A stretch of 64,000 bases of DNA from Marsupella aquatica (GCA_973895155.1 OZ316896.1:18712754-18776753), one strand, 5' to 3'; shown: positions 13,292-26,395, counted from the first letter of the stretch. A program made the numbers and translations. Notes: a model not told the origin generated them from the letters alone.

Positions 13292-14700
13292 GAAAGGGCA
13301 CCAAGCCGATGGCTAGCCCATATATATTGCAACCTAAAAGACCATCCAATCACAGGTACAAACGTCTGTGGAGAGGAGGAGAGAGAACACACTCCAAGAA
13401 AACCCCCGGCGGCGTGCAACTTCAGATAATTCAACCTATGTGAATATGAATCTATGCGTCACAAACTGAAAATCAGGGTTCCAGAACCGATGCAGCGGCA
13501 GAGTCTTCCGCCAGCTACTCCCAACTGGCAGTGGTCAGGACGTATACAGTCTCCCCTGTAGTCACGGCGACATTAGATTCCGCTGAAGGTCGCGCACAGA
13601 CGTAAATCTTCTTATCTACAGCCCCTATCAATAGAGGGCGAGGAGCGCGCAATTAGTCCATAATGCTAGGCAAAGAAGACGAGAAACACAGAAAAATCGA
13701 TGTGAGATCACACCACAGTCAGACTGAAAACACACAGGGCAAAATTCATAACTGTTTCGTACTGTCAGCTTCAAACTCCGATAGAGAGAACTTCGAGTGC
13801 GGCCTCAGCTATTGCCATCCCTGAATCGTGGATTCAGAGTAACATCTAGTGACCTCCATCCACAAGCAAGCGCCGGAAGACCAAGAGATGGACATGTACC
13901 TAAAGCCAGATTACGAAAACCAAACGAATTCTCTAGAAACCTATTACCTCTACCTGAAGGCGGAAACACAGACAGACAACCAGAGAGAAAACCAGAGAGA
14001 AAACCAGACGAATTGTCCAGAAAACCTACCTCCTCAGATACACTTTGCATCACCGGATCCACCTCGTTCTTCCCATTGCTCCAAAATCTCACGTACCGAT
14101 CCCAATTCAGCAGCATGCTCCGACCATCACACCGCCGCAGTCAGGGGCAAAGGCTCCTACCTATCTTGCTCTCACTCGTGCCACCCTCAAACCCTAGCCT
14201 CCAGCTCACGCAGAGCAACACCACCAACAGCATCAGCACGAGCACCCGAACGCAGCAGCACCAAGGACTCAAACGAATGAACGCATAATTGATCTCTCCG
14301 TGCCCATCCAAGGAGGATCGAAGCGAGCATTTAGGAGCTCATGGCAAGCAAGCCAAGATGTGCTCCTCACCACGCTGCCATCTCTTCGCTTGCAGAGCAA
14401 GCCTCGTGAGTTTCTCCAGAAAGTCGACCAGCAGCAGAGCACAGCAGCAGCAGCAGAAGAAGAAGGTGAAGGACTGATCACAACTCCAGAGCCATGGGAG
14501 AAAAGAGAGAAAAGAGAGGGAGGAAGAGATAGAATGGGAGAAGATAGGCAGAGTGCAGAACAGCTGAAGAAGCGTGCAGCTTAAAAGGGAGGAGGGCAAG
14601 AGGGGGGGCAAAGGCAAACAGGGCACGGCAAGCAAGAGCAGAAGAATAGGGCTTCTACTTCAAGGAGGCAAATAGATGGGAATGCAATTCAATGCAAGGC
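13292..14700 (-). other. Probable long 5' UTR of WDR26 with a UTR intron
   Basis: CT-rich leader on the minus strand (~14400-14700); acceptor TTTTAG| at 13334; candidate donor G|GTACGT near 14096. Confidence 0.45.
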
Positions 14701-14775
14701 AAGGCAAGGGAATGCAATGGAGGGTGGGCAACCTCACCTTTCTAGGTAGGGAGGGGTTTCATCCATCGATGACGA

Positions 14776-16615
14776 TTAGGGAAAGAAAAAACTCACTACT
14801 CACTAGAGACTGAGAGAATCATCTTATCTAGGGCTTGATTGATGGAGGGCATTGCATAGATTGGAGGATGAGGGTTAGGGAAAATAGAATTGCTCACTAC
14901 TCACTAGGGAGTGAGAATTCTATCAAGGGCTTTGATGGATGGAAGGCATTGCATAAAATGGAGGATGAGGGTTAGGGAAGGGAGAGAGACTCACTACTTG
15001 TTAGGGACTGAGAGAATCATTCTATGAAGGGCTTTGATGGATGGAAGGCATTGCATAAAATGGAGGATGAGGGTTAGGGAAGGGAGAAAGACTCGCTACT
15101 CACTAGCACAGAGAATCATTCTATCAAGGGCTTGATTGATGGAAGGCATTGCATAGAATGTAGGGAAGGGAGAAAGACTCACTACTCACTAGGGACTCAG
15201 ATAATCATTCTATCAAGGGCTTGATTGATGGAAGGCATTGCAACAAATGGAGGACGAGGGTTACGAAAAGAAGGGGCTCCCCTTCTTTTTCACTTTGGTT
15301 TAAAGGAAGAGACGAGTCATAATCCTATCAAGGACTTGATGATGGATTGATCAAAGAAGGGGTTGCATAGTGGAGTGATGAGGGTAAGGGAAGAAAGACT
15401 CACACTACTCACAATTAGGGACTGGGGGAATCATCCTACCAAGGGCTTGATTATTGATGGAAGCCATTGCATAGAATGTAGCAATGAGGGCTAGAAGACT
15501 CCCTACTAATAAGGAAGAATCCACCCTTTTTTTTCTTTTTCTTTTTGTTTAAATGAGGAGACAAATCATATCTTATCAAGGGAAACTAAAACCCAGATGG
15601 ACCTTCACTTTGTTATGAAGCCCAGATGGACTGGCAAAGTTTGGATGGACTTGCTCATAACATTTGAATTGACTCGGATAACATTATTTACACTTTTGAC
15701 TGAAATGTGACCTGTAAACGGTCTCCTCACTGTTTGCAGCTGGTTTCAATTACATTATGAATTGGTTTCCTCAGTAACTTGACGACCGTGAACCTGAAAG
15801 AGATCAAGATGTCATCCCATTATTCAGGATCACCATGACCTCTTGATTACTTTCTCCCCAAGGTAATCAAAGTCATCAACTGCAATCCGTAACTGGTTCC
15901 TTTTTCTTTTTGGTGTAAAAATAACAATTGCATTGCGCAGTCCATGGGAATGGGCAGGGGACAATGTCTTGGTCCATCCAGGCTTTTGTTCCCTATCAAG
16001 GCTTTGAATAATGGATTGATGGAAAGGATTGCAACAAATGGAGGGGTGAGGATTAGGAAGGGAATCCCTACAAATAGGGAAGAATAACTCCACTTTTATT
16101 TTTATTTTTTAGTAGGAAGGGAATCCCCACAAATAGGGAAGAATAACTCCACTTTTTATTTTTATTTTCTGCGTAAATGAAGAGACTAATCATATCCTAT
16201 CAAGGGCTTGATTGATGGATTGACATTCAGGGTTAGAGAAGACTCATCAGATAGTAGGCTAAGAGCGATGCAAGTTAGGGTAGGGACTCACTTAGTAGGG
16301 GAGGAAAAATCAAAAGTGAAGACTTCATTATTAATGGCTTGAATGCAACGAGTAGTGGGTCGAGAGGTAAGGAAGACTCATTCATCACGGTGACATATAT
16401 CATGGCCTGATTGGGTTGCAAGAGTGGACCAATGAGGGTTAGGGAAGAGACTTCTTTATTAGTAGGGTATCATATATCAAAGGACTTGATTGGATTTGCA
16501 AGGAGTGGAGCGATGAGGAAGAGACTCATTTATTAGTAAGGTATGACAAATTTCATGGGCTTGGTTGACATAGAAGGCATTTATTGCAAAGAGTGGAGGG
16601 ATGAGGGTTAGGGAA
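14776..16615. repeat. ~100-bp satellite-like tandem array containing GAGGGTTAGGGAAG
   Basis: About 5 well-conserved units at 14776-15265 (GGAGGATGAGGGTTAGGGAAG...ACTCACTACTCACTAG...TATCAAGGGCTTGATTGATGGAAGGCATTGCA), then increasingly diverged copies to ~16615. Confidence 0.9.
15581..15992. mobile_element. Non-autonomous TIR element inserted in the satellite array
   Basis: Left end GGAAACTAAAACCCAGATGGACC resembles the reverse complement of the right end, GGAACAAAAGCCTGGATGGACC. Flanks TTATCAAG / CTATCAAG form a near-TSD; the satellite unit resumes after it. Confidence 0.7.
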
Positions 16616-17656
16616 GTACAGTATGGAGTCATCGAGGAATAAAAGGTAGGGCAGGGAGCGCCATGTCAGCCCTAAAAACTAGCCAATGAGTCAGCGGGGC
16701 ACCAGCAGGATAGTGGCATGGTGGGATTGGGGATTTGGGACAGTCTTTCGCGAGGAGAATTGTGGATAATGGAGCAACCCAATTTGTTTATTGTGCAAGA
16801 ACCTGGTCTAGTCTTGCAAGTAACTTACTGGCCAGGTATTGTAATTAGCTTGCATGTTGAGACGCGCTTGTTGTGCAATAATCTTGGCCTGTTAGGCTTG
16901 ATTTTGAAGCTTGCTTACTGTGCAATAAACCTGGTCCCAGGTTACTTCTTCTTTTTTGTTTCTAAAGCAACTTTTTACTCACAAAGTCCAGTCTTGCTTT
17001 CAAGCTTTGCATAAATTTGCATTGGATGCAACTAGCTCACAAGCCATGTATTGTGATGGAAATGACTACCGTAGCTTGCATGTTGATGATACCTGTAGGG
17101 GACATGCTCGTAGTGAATTTGGAATAGAGGGGTGAGAGGAAGACACTCCTGGTGCACAGAGAACACCGTTAAGAGGGCTTGGGGTTCTTAAGAGTTTCCA
17201 CATTGCTGGTTAAAGGATGCCTAAAAAGTAGTGCATGTCACATAAACATTAGGAAAAATTCAAAACACATTCATTTGGACAACCTTCAAAAAACATGAAG
17301 TGTCTTGCCACCATTGTGAATGAGAAATTGAGGGAGAGATGATGATGCGTGTATTATGGACTGCATGATTTGTACTAGAGGGGTTTCTAGCTACAAGACA
17401 GTGGGGCCATGGTTCTTTTATAGACATCATGAGATTAAATCTGGACCATACAATGAGTGAAAAAGCTGCAAGAGTTGACTTTACATGAACTTAGGGGCCA
17501 TTCAAGTATGGTAGCTGCCTCCTGTCTACCAATCCTACATGGCAAACCGTAGGGTGAAGGAAATGCTGATGGGGACTGCTTAATTTGTCCAGAATTTTAG
17601 ACCTACTCTAGATGTGGTTCAAACATGGGTACTTCATTAAAGGGATTTGCATTTAT

Positions 17657-17953
17657 GTTGGGGTCTCACTATATGGACTTATGGAGCCCCCCATTACCTA
17701 GGATGTTTTGTACTCTCAAACACCCTAAAAACAGAAGCTTTTTAAAATCATTTCCCCTATTCTTTTTGGACTATTAATGATACACTCTAAAATTTGTTCT
17801 TAAAACCCTATCTTTTCTTTTAAGATTCAAAATTGGATTGTACGAACCTTAATCTCCTTCCACAAAAGTTTGAAGTATTTCCTTAGAACCTATATATGAC
17901 CCTATGGTTCTTTGCATATGATGTGTCATTTTCATGGAAGTGAAATCCCCAAG
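17657..17953. mobile_element. MITE family A, second copy (opposite orientation to 2299-2530)
   Basis: Left end GGGTCTCACTATATGGA and right end ATGTGTCATTTTCATGGAAGTGAAATCCCCAAG match the reverse-complemented ends of the 2299-2530 element; degenerate TSD GCATTTAT / ATATTTAT. Confidence 0.75.
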
Positions 17954-20900
17954 ATATTTATTTAATTTCATTTCAAAAGATTTTTGGTCTGGAGTATCTT
18001 TAGAACCAGAAGTGGACCTCTAGTCCAATCACAAGTGGACATTATGCATTTTAAATTCCAATCACAAGTGGACATTATGCATTTTTCCAATAGAAGACTA
18101 ACTTTCAAGGAGTGGCAGGAGTGTGAATTCAACCCATTTTGGAACTGGAAATGTAGAAAACAGTTGACTATTGAAAAAGTGTCCCCTGTTCACGGAGGAT
18201 CTGTGCAAAACATGAATTTTTTTTCACTTTAGGAAATAAGGCAAGGCAAGAATATTATTCTCCTGTTATCATTTGTTCAGTTTAAAAACAATGTATACAC
18301 TGAAAGTCAGTGTTTATCCCAGATGTTCAGAATATTCTTAAAATATACAGTGCAAAATTATATCTATGTTTCATTTCACACGGACCCCAAGATATTGTTA
18401 GTTCAGGCCAAGAATTTAATATTTAATCATTTATTGAGCAACCCGAGATTACACTACTGTACATACCTGTGTGACACAAATAATATCATACCAACTTGCA
18501 GACATCTGTTGCATCAACTCTCAGACGTCTATTGTATCAGACACTTGTCCAATGCATTTGAAAATGGACAATTTACAATCCTTTTTCAGGATTTGGAAGT
18601 ATATATGTATTATACTGTTTTCACCACCCAAAGCTTCAAAAATACACATACGACTACCAAAGGTGCAACTATCGGTCCCACCGACATGCAAAGGAGACAA
18701 CGGTATTAAAAAATCAGGGTGAGCACAATCTTTTCATATTAGTTGGGTCTACCGCACACTTGTGAGAGCATATTCATTGGTACGTTATGGACGTTACAAT
18801 TATTGTTATATACATCTATATCCATATCTATATACATATAAATAAATAAACTAAAAACTAACTTGATTTTCTAAAAAATTCATAGGGTTTGCCATGGGCA
18901 TTGGTATCAACAACCATTCAGGAAATTATAGTTATTAGACCTGGGGTTTCACATTCAGATTAATTAGAGTTGGAGCTTTATATTCAACAATAACATAGCT
19001 GTAAAATCACAAACAACAAGTGTATGACAATGTATCATCCACTTGAAACAATGAACAGATACATCATCCACTCTCTTAGCTCACTAAACATAGAGGTGTT
19101 TTGGAGGTTCTTCTCATTGTTGCTATTCTTCATGGTCTCTGGCAAGGTCTACATTTTGAGCTACCACCTTGATACTGCCAAGGGCTGAGGTTGCGAAATG
19201 GAACATGATCACAGCATATGAAGTGTCACAAATGTCCGTTCCTATGGTTTAGTAGATGGGGTATGTTCAATATGATGAGGATAAATGGTTTTGAGATGCG
19301 TCCCTCTTTGGCATGTGCACAAGTTGTCACTGTCTTCAATCTTACAAAACCACATTCCTTAACCAATTCCGCAACAATTGTACAATTGGGCCCAAGGATT
19401 GGTTTTAAACCACTTACACTTGAACATAACTTGATCAAATTTATAGTGCACACTGTAACTAATGATTTGATGTTGCAACTGTGAAATACCATTGCTTGGG
19501 CCAAGTTGCAATCATGTTAGTTGCGTCTTGACTTCCTGTGGTCTATAATAATTGGGGAATCTTTCTCGCTTTTGGCTTTTACTTTTTCCCCAAGAATATA
19601 TTAAGAATTAAAATATTGTACTTTTGCTACAAATTGTGAAGCTCTAAGGCTCATTTTAAAATCAACACCTATTTATCACCCCCTACCGCCAGAAGACAAA
19701 CCAATACGTACAAAAGTATTTGTGAGCGGAAAATCACAAGGTGAATCAAGTGCCTCTTGGTTTGTGTTTTGGCTGTGTGTGGCATAACATCTAGGTGTTG
19801 ATTTAATGCAGAGTTCTGATAAATACCAATAAGTTTTGACGCCTTCACTCTTTTCCTAGACATATTATTAATATGAATAATAATAATGATAGGAGATTTG
19901 ATATCTGAGATTTATTACGGACCCCACTAGAGGTCCCTTCCAAACTTCCTTGCACCACAGCGAGCCATGTAATCGAGATGTGCTGCAAACAGGTACATAT
20001 TATTTTACAAAACAAAATTTGCTTCAATATTCGTGTTTATGGCATGATTTTGGTAAAATCAAGGACGCCATGCCGTAAAAGTTCATGTAAAACTATTTTG
20101 AAAGTAACCGTTTTATTTACTCTAGATAACAAAATGTTGAAGTAGACATAGACTCATAATCGTTTTTTTAACCCCTAATAACCGACTGCCCACCCTCTGG
20201 TTCAATTCCCCATGAATTAATAAGTAATTAATAAATAATAATAAGTCCCTGCCTTTCTCTACGAAGCAGAAGTCCTGCACATTAGGTTCAGAAATTTTGA
20301 CCATTACAAACAGGAAACTGTGCCTCAAGACGACTAAAGAATGGATGAATGCAGGAGACAAGCTAGACAGCAGACCGAAATACAGTAAGAGAAAATGGAA
20401 GAGGTTACATTTAAGGAGGTGGAACTGGCGTTTGCTGCTGCAGTAACACTGCTGACTTCGGATTCACCATAGGAGGGCCCTGTGCAATGCGCTCCAATTT
20501 AATCTCGATCGAATAAAAACAGATGGGGTCCACGAACTAATTAGGTTGTCATCCTTTAGTTGCCTAATACATACATTGCCACTTTTTTTCTATTAATCCC
20601 ACGATTTATCAAATTGTCATGGTTTCTCTTGTGGATTACAAAAAGTAATCCGGGCTTTATCACCATGGGTTGAACATCCACAGATAATCCCCATGTCTGA
20701 ATCAGACAGCTCCCGCTTCCCTCAATCCCAATTTGGCCACCCTTCCCGTCCCTTCCCTAACTTGCGCTAAGCCCTGCACGAGTACTCCCCAATGAACTCC
20801 TATCATTCTCCCCGGCTGCGCCCTGCATGACTCCTCCCCATGAACCCCTTGAAGGCTTACACACAAAAGATTCAACGACATCTGGTACCCCGGTGTTGAA

Positions 20901-21429
20901 CTAAGACGTCATTCGCAACGACCATACAACCATGACTCATTCCATGCACACGTAGTCGACACAATCTCTACGTGGTTCACCTCTTCTCCAAGGCTACGTC
21001 CACACAAACACTCAAGCTTTACTTCAAGAGTAGACGAACACACATCCTCTCCCTCTTCCTCAAGTTGCTCTATTACAATCAGTAAGCACCACACACCAGC
21101 GGCTTACACTAGCCCTGGTATATACAAGGTCACACACGACTAACCTAACCTCAGCTAAGATCCTAACTGTGGTTAGCCTAAGTGCCGTAACCTATGAGTC
21201 ACAAGACTAAGAGCAATTCTTAACAAACTCCCCCTTGACTCTAGTCTTGGGGACTGCAATTTTTGCTATCCATATGAGATACTCAGCGGGAAATTCTAGA
21301 CAATCACCTAAAACCATAGGTGTCCCCCTAAAAACCATTTAAGGTTAACTAAGGGTTAACTAGAATTAAGCCGTAGCCATAACAGGATTGAGTAACCCAT
21401 ATACATAAATTACATATTATTAAGTTACT

Positions 21430-24400
21430 CTACTTGTGCTGCAAATGCAAAACTTGCAAAGTAGCACGGTGTCTTGAGTAACTCTCCAAAGGAATCACTT
21501 TGGTAAAAGCATCAGCCGGGTTGAGCTTTCCATCAATCTTGACTAGCTCAAACATTTTATCAGACACTGCTTGCCTAATAAAATGGTACCTGATGTCAAT
21601 GTGTTTCACCTTGCTATCCATAACCTGGTTTATAGCTAGGTGAAGCGCACTTTGGCTGTCACAATGAAGAGTCATTTTTCCATGCTCCAATCCTATCTCA
21701 GTGACCAGCTTATCCAACCAAATTGCTTCCTTTGCTGCTTCTGCTGCTGCAACATATTCTGCTTCTGTAGTAGACTGAGATACACACTTCTGCAAGGTAG
21801 ATCTCCAACTTATGCATCCTCTTCCAAGAGTAAACACATACCCAGTCGTTGACCTCCTTGTTTCCAGACAGCCTCCGTAGTCAGAATCTACATAGCCAAC
21901 CAAAGATTTGGTTTTGTTTGATCTACTATCAAACAACAGACCATAGTCTATTGTGCCCTTAAGATACCTGAGAATCCATTTCACAGCCTCCCAATGTACC
22001 TTCCCTGGATTTGACATGAATCTACTCACTTTGCCCATTGCTAGGGCTAGATCAGGCCTGGTACATGTCATCAAATACATTAGACTGCCCACTGCCTTCT
22101 CATATGGAACCTTAGTCATCAAACCTCTCTCCACTGGATCCATGGGGCAGAAAGCCGATGATAACTTGAAATGTGGAGCCAAAGGAATACTTACTGGCTT
22201 ACAATTTTCCACGTTGAATCTTGCAAGTACCTTTTCAGCATACTTGCCTTGATTCAACCACAACTATCCAGTTTCAAAGTTCCTCGTAATCTCCATACCT
22301 AAGATCCTCTTGGCTTTCCCAAGATCCTTCATTCGGAATTCAGAACTCAATTTTGCTTTGAGTTTGTCAACCTCAGTTTGATCCTTAGCCACAATCAACA
22401 TGTCATCCACATAGAGCACCAGAATGAGCAAACCAAACACACCATTCTTGACTGATTTCGTATACACACAAGGGTCATACACCATCCTAGTGAATCCTTG
22501 TGCAAGCATGAAATCATCAAACCGCTTGTTCCACTACTGAGGAGCTTGCTTCAATCCATACAAGGACTTAAGTAACCTGCAAACTAAACTCTCTTGGCCC
22601 TTCTTCACAAAGCCCAGTGGTTGCCTCATGAAAATTTGTTCCTCCAAGGTGCCATAGAGAAAAGCAGTAACAACATCCATTTGATCTAACACCAGATCAA
22701 AAAACACAACAAGTTGACACAAAATTCGTATCGTGAAATACTTGGCAACTGGAGAGAAGACCTCATTGTAATCCACTCCCTTCTCTTGAGTGAATCCCTT
22801 GGCAACAAGCCTTGCCTTGTATATCTTGTCTCCTCCATCTGAAGAGTTGTCCTTCAGCTTGTAAATTCACTTGTTATCCACCACTTGTTGATCACTTGGC
22901 AGTTGCACCAGCTCCCATGTTCTGTTGTCACTTAAAGATTGCAACTCCCTCTGCATCGCTGCATTCCATTCATCTTTCTCGTCTGAAATGCACGCCTCAT
23001 GATAAGAAGAAGGTTCTCCTTCTTCCAAGATCAGTGCTCTGTCATCATCTTCAGGTGCAATGTCAACATCATCTAACCTTGATGAATCTGTCCATTGTCC
23101 ATACCTTGTAGGAGCTCGAGTAGTACGTCTTGATTTTCTAGCTGATGATTCTGGTTGATCTTGTTCTGTTGGTTGAATTTGAGGTATTCCATCAACAGCC
23201 TGCTCCTCTTGTTCCATTACCGGAACCAGCTCCATTCTTGGAGCACCTCCTTCATTTATGTCATGAAAACTCTCATGACCAATCTCCCCCACAACATGGT
23301 CCAGGATAGGAGATTTACCTTTGTCAGTACGGGAAGCCTGAGCATTCTCCCCCTCCTTTGATGATCTGGATTCATTAAAGGATACATCTCTACTGACAAG
23401 CAACGTACAAGCTTATGGATTCCAAAGCCTGTAACCTTTCACACCTGGTTGATAACCAAGAAAAAGACACTTCTTGGAAGTAGAATCTAGTTTAGATCGA
23501 TTCTGCTTAGGTGTGAGAGCATATGCATCACTTCCAAAGACTCTCAAAACCTGATAGTCTGCGTGCCGTCCATACCTCATTTCAAACGGCGTCTTGAAAT
23601 TGATTGCACTTGAAGGAGAAAGATTTACCAAATAAGCTGCTGTATTTATAGCTTCAGCCCAAAATTCATGCAGTAAACCTGATTGGCTCAACATACTCCT
23701 CGATCGCTCCAATAGTGTTCGGTTTAGCCGCTCACAAACACCATTCTGTTGAGGAGTATAAACTGTCGTGAGATGACGAGTAATCCCTTGCTCTCCACAA
23801 TATAGTTCAAATTCACTTGAACTGTACTCCCCGCCGTTATCTGATCGCAGATATCTCACCTTGGATCCAGTCTGATTCTCAATTTGGGCTTTCCACTTCT
23901 TAAAAGTGCCAAAAACTTCAGACTTGGCATGTAGAAATGTGATCCACACATACCGTGAGTAATCATCAATGAACGTGACATAGTACAATTTTCCAGAAAG
24001 TGAGGGAGTTGGGGCTGGACCCCACACATCACTATGTACATACTCAAGTATAACTTTGGTATTGTGAGTTCCAACACCAAAGGTTCTCCTATGCTGCTTC
24101 CCAAGCACATAGTATTCACAAAAATCTAGCTTAGTAGATTCCAAGTTAGAAAGAAGTCCTTTCCTGCGAAGTACTGCCAAACCCTTTTCACTCATGTGTC
24201 CCAATCTGCAGTGCCACAACTGAGTCATCTCGCATTGAGATCTAGTTACATTGGCTTCTTCACAAATCACGTTGCCCTCCAACAGGTATAGATTCCTGTG
24301 CTGCTTACCCTTCATGACAACATTGCCTCCGGTTGACACTTGAAGAATACCATCAGCAGAACTCCACCGACATCCATTTGCTTCCAGCATTCCAAGAGAA

Positions 24401-25584
24401 ATCAAGTTCTTTTTCATGTCAGGTATGTGTCTGACATTACTCACTGTTCGCACAGCTCCATCAAACATCCGAATTTTCACGGATCCAATTCCAATAATTT
24501 GACAAGGATGATCATTCCCCATCAACACGGAACCGGTTGATACTGAGTAAAAACTAAAAAACTCTTTCATACAACAAATATGATAGGTACAGGCACAGTC
24601 TAAAATCCATTCATCACCGTTGTTACTGGATGAAATGCAAAGGGCAACATCTGGACTTCACAAGATTTCATCATCAAGCAAGTCAATCATATCAACATCA
24701 GTGGCTGCGTTCGCTGATGGTTGATGAGTCTGTTTGACTCGACAGTCTCATTTCATGTGGCCAGGCTTCTTACATTTCCAGCATATAATTGGTTTCCTTT
24801 CTAGAGATTTCTCTCTAGACCTGGATCTAGACTTAGACCGAGCCTTCTCCTTGCCTCTATTCCGTGAGGGGTACGTTTGTGAAAAGGATCTATTTTCACC
24901 AGTCATCCGCTGTTGAGTCCTCCCGCGGTTCACATTCAATGCACTACCAGATGAAGATGGTGTCTGGGCATGACCCAGTTTCTTCCGTGCATCATCTGAC
25001 AACAAAGAGCTTACCACCTCATCATATGAAATGGTTTTGAGATCTCTATACAAGAGAACCTGCTTCAAACCTTGATACGATGGGGGTAAGGAGCTGAGAA
25101 GAAGCAATGCCTTATCTTCATATTCCACTCCCTTGCCAAGATTTGATAAATCTACAGCTAGGCTGTCGAATTCATCCAAGTGATCTCGAAGTTTGCCTCT
25201 TTCTTTTAGTCTCAAGCTCATCAAGAGAGACTTCTTGTACAACCGATCTGAGGCATCCTCTCGGTAATACTTCTCTCTGAGGGCCTTGAATAAGGATACG
25301 CAATCCTCGTAGTCGTCCAGCTTCTTAATGATATGCGGCTTCAGATACAACATAACCGCATTCACAGCAATCACTTGCTCTTGCCTCCATTTCCTCAACG
25401 GGATCTCCTCCTCACTGCTAGACTCCTCCAGAGTCGATAGCAGATGATCTAGGCCCATAGCACGAAGAATTCCCTTAACCTGCTTCTCCCATAGCAAATA
25501 ATCTGTGCTCCCATCATATTTTTCCACCTCAAACTTGACACCTCCAAACTTGGATGCCATCGTTGTCCTCCCAACGTTTGCCAC
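21430..25584 (-). pseudogene. copia-2 gag-pol (gag, protease, integrase, RT, RNase H) in one frame with six internal stops
   Basis: ORF fragments starting at 25584, 24570, 23403, 22776, 22509 and 22263 share one frame. Motifs CWKCKKPGH, WILDC, LRSDNGGEY, PQQNGVCER, LYVDDML, KHIDIRYHFIR. Stops at 24748, 24658, 23413, 22867, 22534 and 22264. Confidence 0.95.
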
Positions 25585-26285
25585 GTGCTATTGCTGTGCT
25601 GCTCCCTATATGCTTTTTCCTTCCTTCCTTCGCATTGACTCAAATCCAAATCACAAAAAAATGTCGTTTTTTGCAACTTTCCAAAAAACTTGAAACTTGT
25701 CACCGCCACTTAGCCCACCAACCTAGCAAGCCAACGCTGAAATCCGAAATCAAAACCGAGTTCCGACGAAAAACTTTTTCACATTTCGGTCGGGGTGGGT
25801 AAAACTCAAAAATTCTCCCCCGTTTTGACCACCCCGGGGAATAAGAAAATATCCAAGTACTACCCGTTGTCGGAAATGGAAATCGAGTGGTGCACCGCGT
25901 TGCTAGCTTCAGTGGCTACGTTCTCGCCAAAAAAGATCCGAAAAAGTTATCGTTCGGACCTTGGAATCTTCGACTAAAGGCTGAAAAACAACTCTCTATT
26001 TTTTTCAAAATATTCCTTGGACTGTGCAACAGGTCTCACAGGGGGCCGTTCCCCCTGTCCAAGCGGTTAATTTGGTGGGTCAGCGGGCCCGGGATGCCGC
26101 TTAACCAATGAGGAGCCTTGGAAAGGATTAAAAAACCGGGCCTAAGGGGGTTTAAGCCCCTTAACACAAAAAATACTGTCTTAAAAAAGGCGCATCCGCG
26201 TATAGGCGACGCGTGACGGGCCAGCCAGTGCACAGGGGGCCGGGGAGTCAAAAACCAAGTCAAAATGGGCAGGGATGGAGCTGCG

Positions 26286-26395
26286 ACAGCCAGGACGTCC
26301 AGGACGGCCGTGACGGTCGGGACGTCTGGGGCGTCCGTGCCGGCTGCGACATCCGGGATGGCCGCGACATCCGGGACGGCCGTGACGTCCGCGAT
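26286..26395. repeat. GC-rich 9-bp periodic repeat (GACNNCCGN) in the copia-2 leader
   Basis: GACGTCCAG GACGGCCGT GACGGTCGG GACGTCTGG ... GACATCCGG GATGGCCGC GACATCCGG GACGGCCGT GACGTCCGC. Confidence 0.85.

Noticed and set aside
13797-14288. 163-aa and 143-aa plus-strand ORFs
   Set aside because: Non-ATG starts, low complexity, antisense to the WDR26 leader, and no recognisable domain.
14776-16615. CRISPR-like or interstitial telomere array
   Set aside because: The whole unit is repeated with no unique spacers and there are no cas genes. TTAGGG occurs once per unit, not in tandem.
18323-19504. ORFs with a CIRHLSNAF motif and possible transposase-like fragments
   Set aside because: Only one weak motif and no supporting DDE residues were seen; possibly very old TE debris that cannot be assigned.
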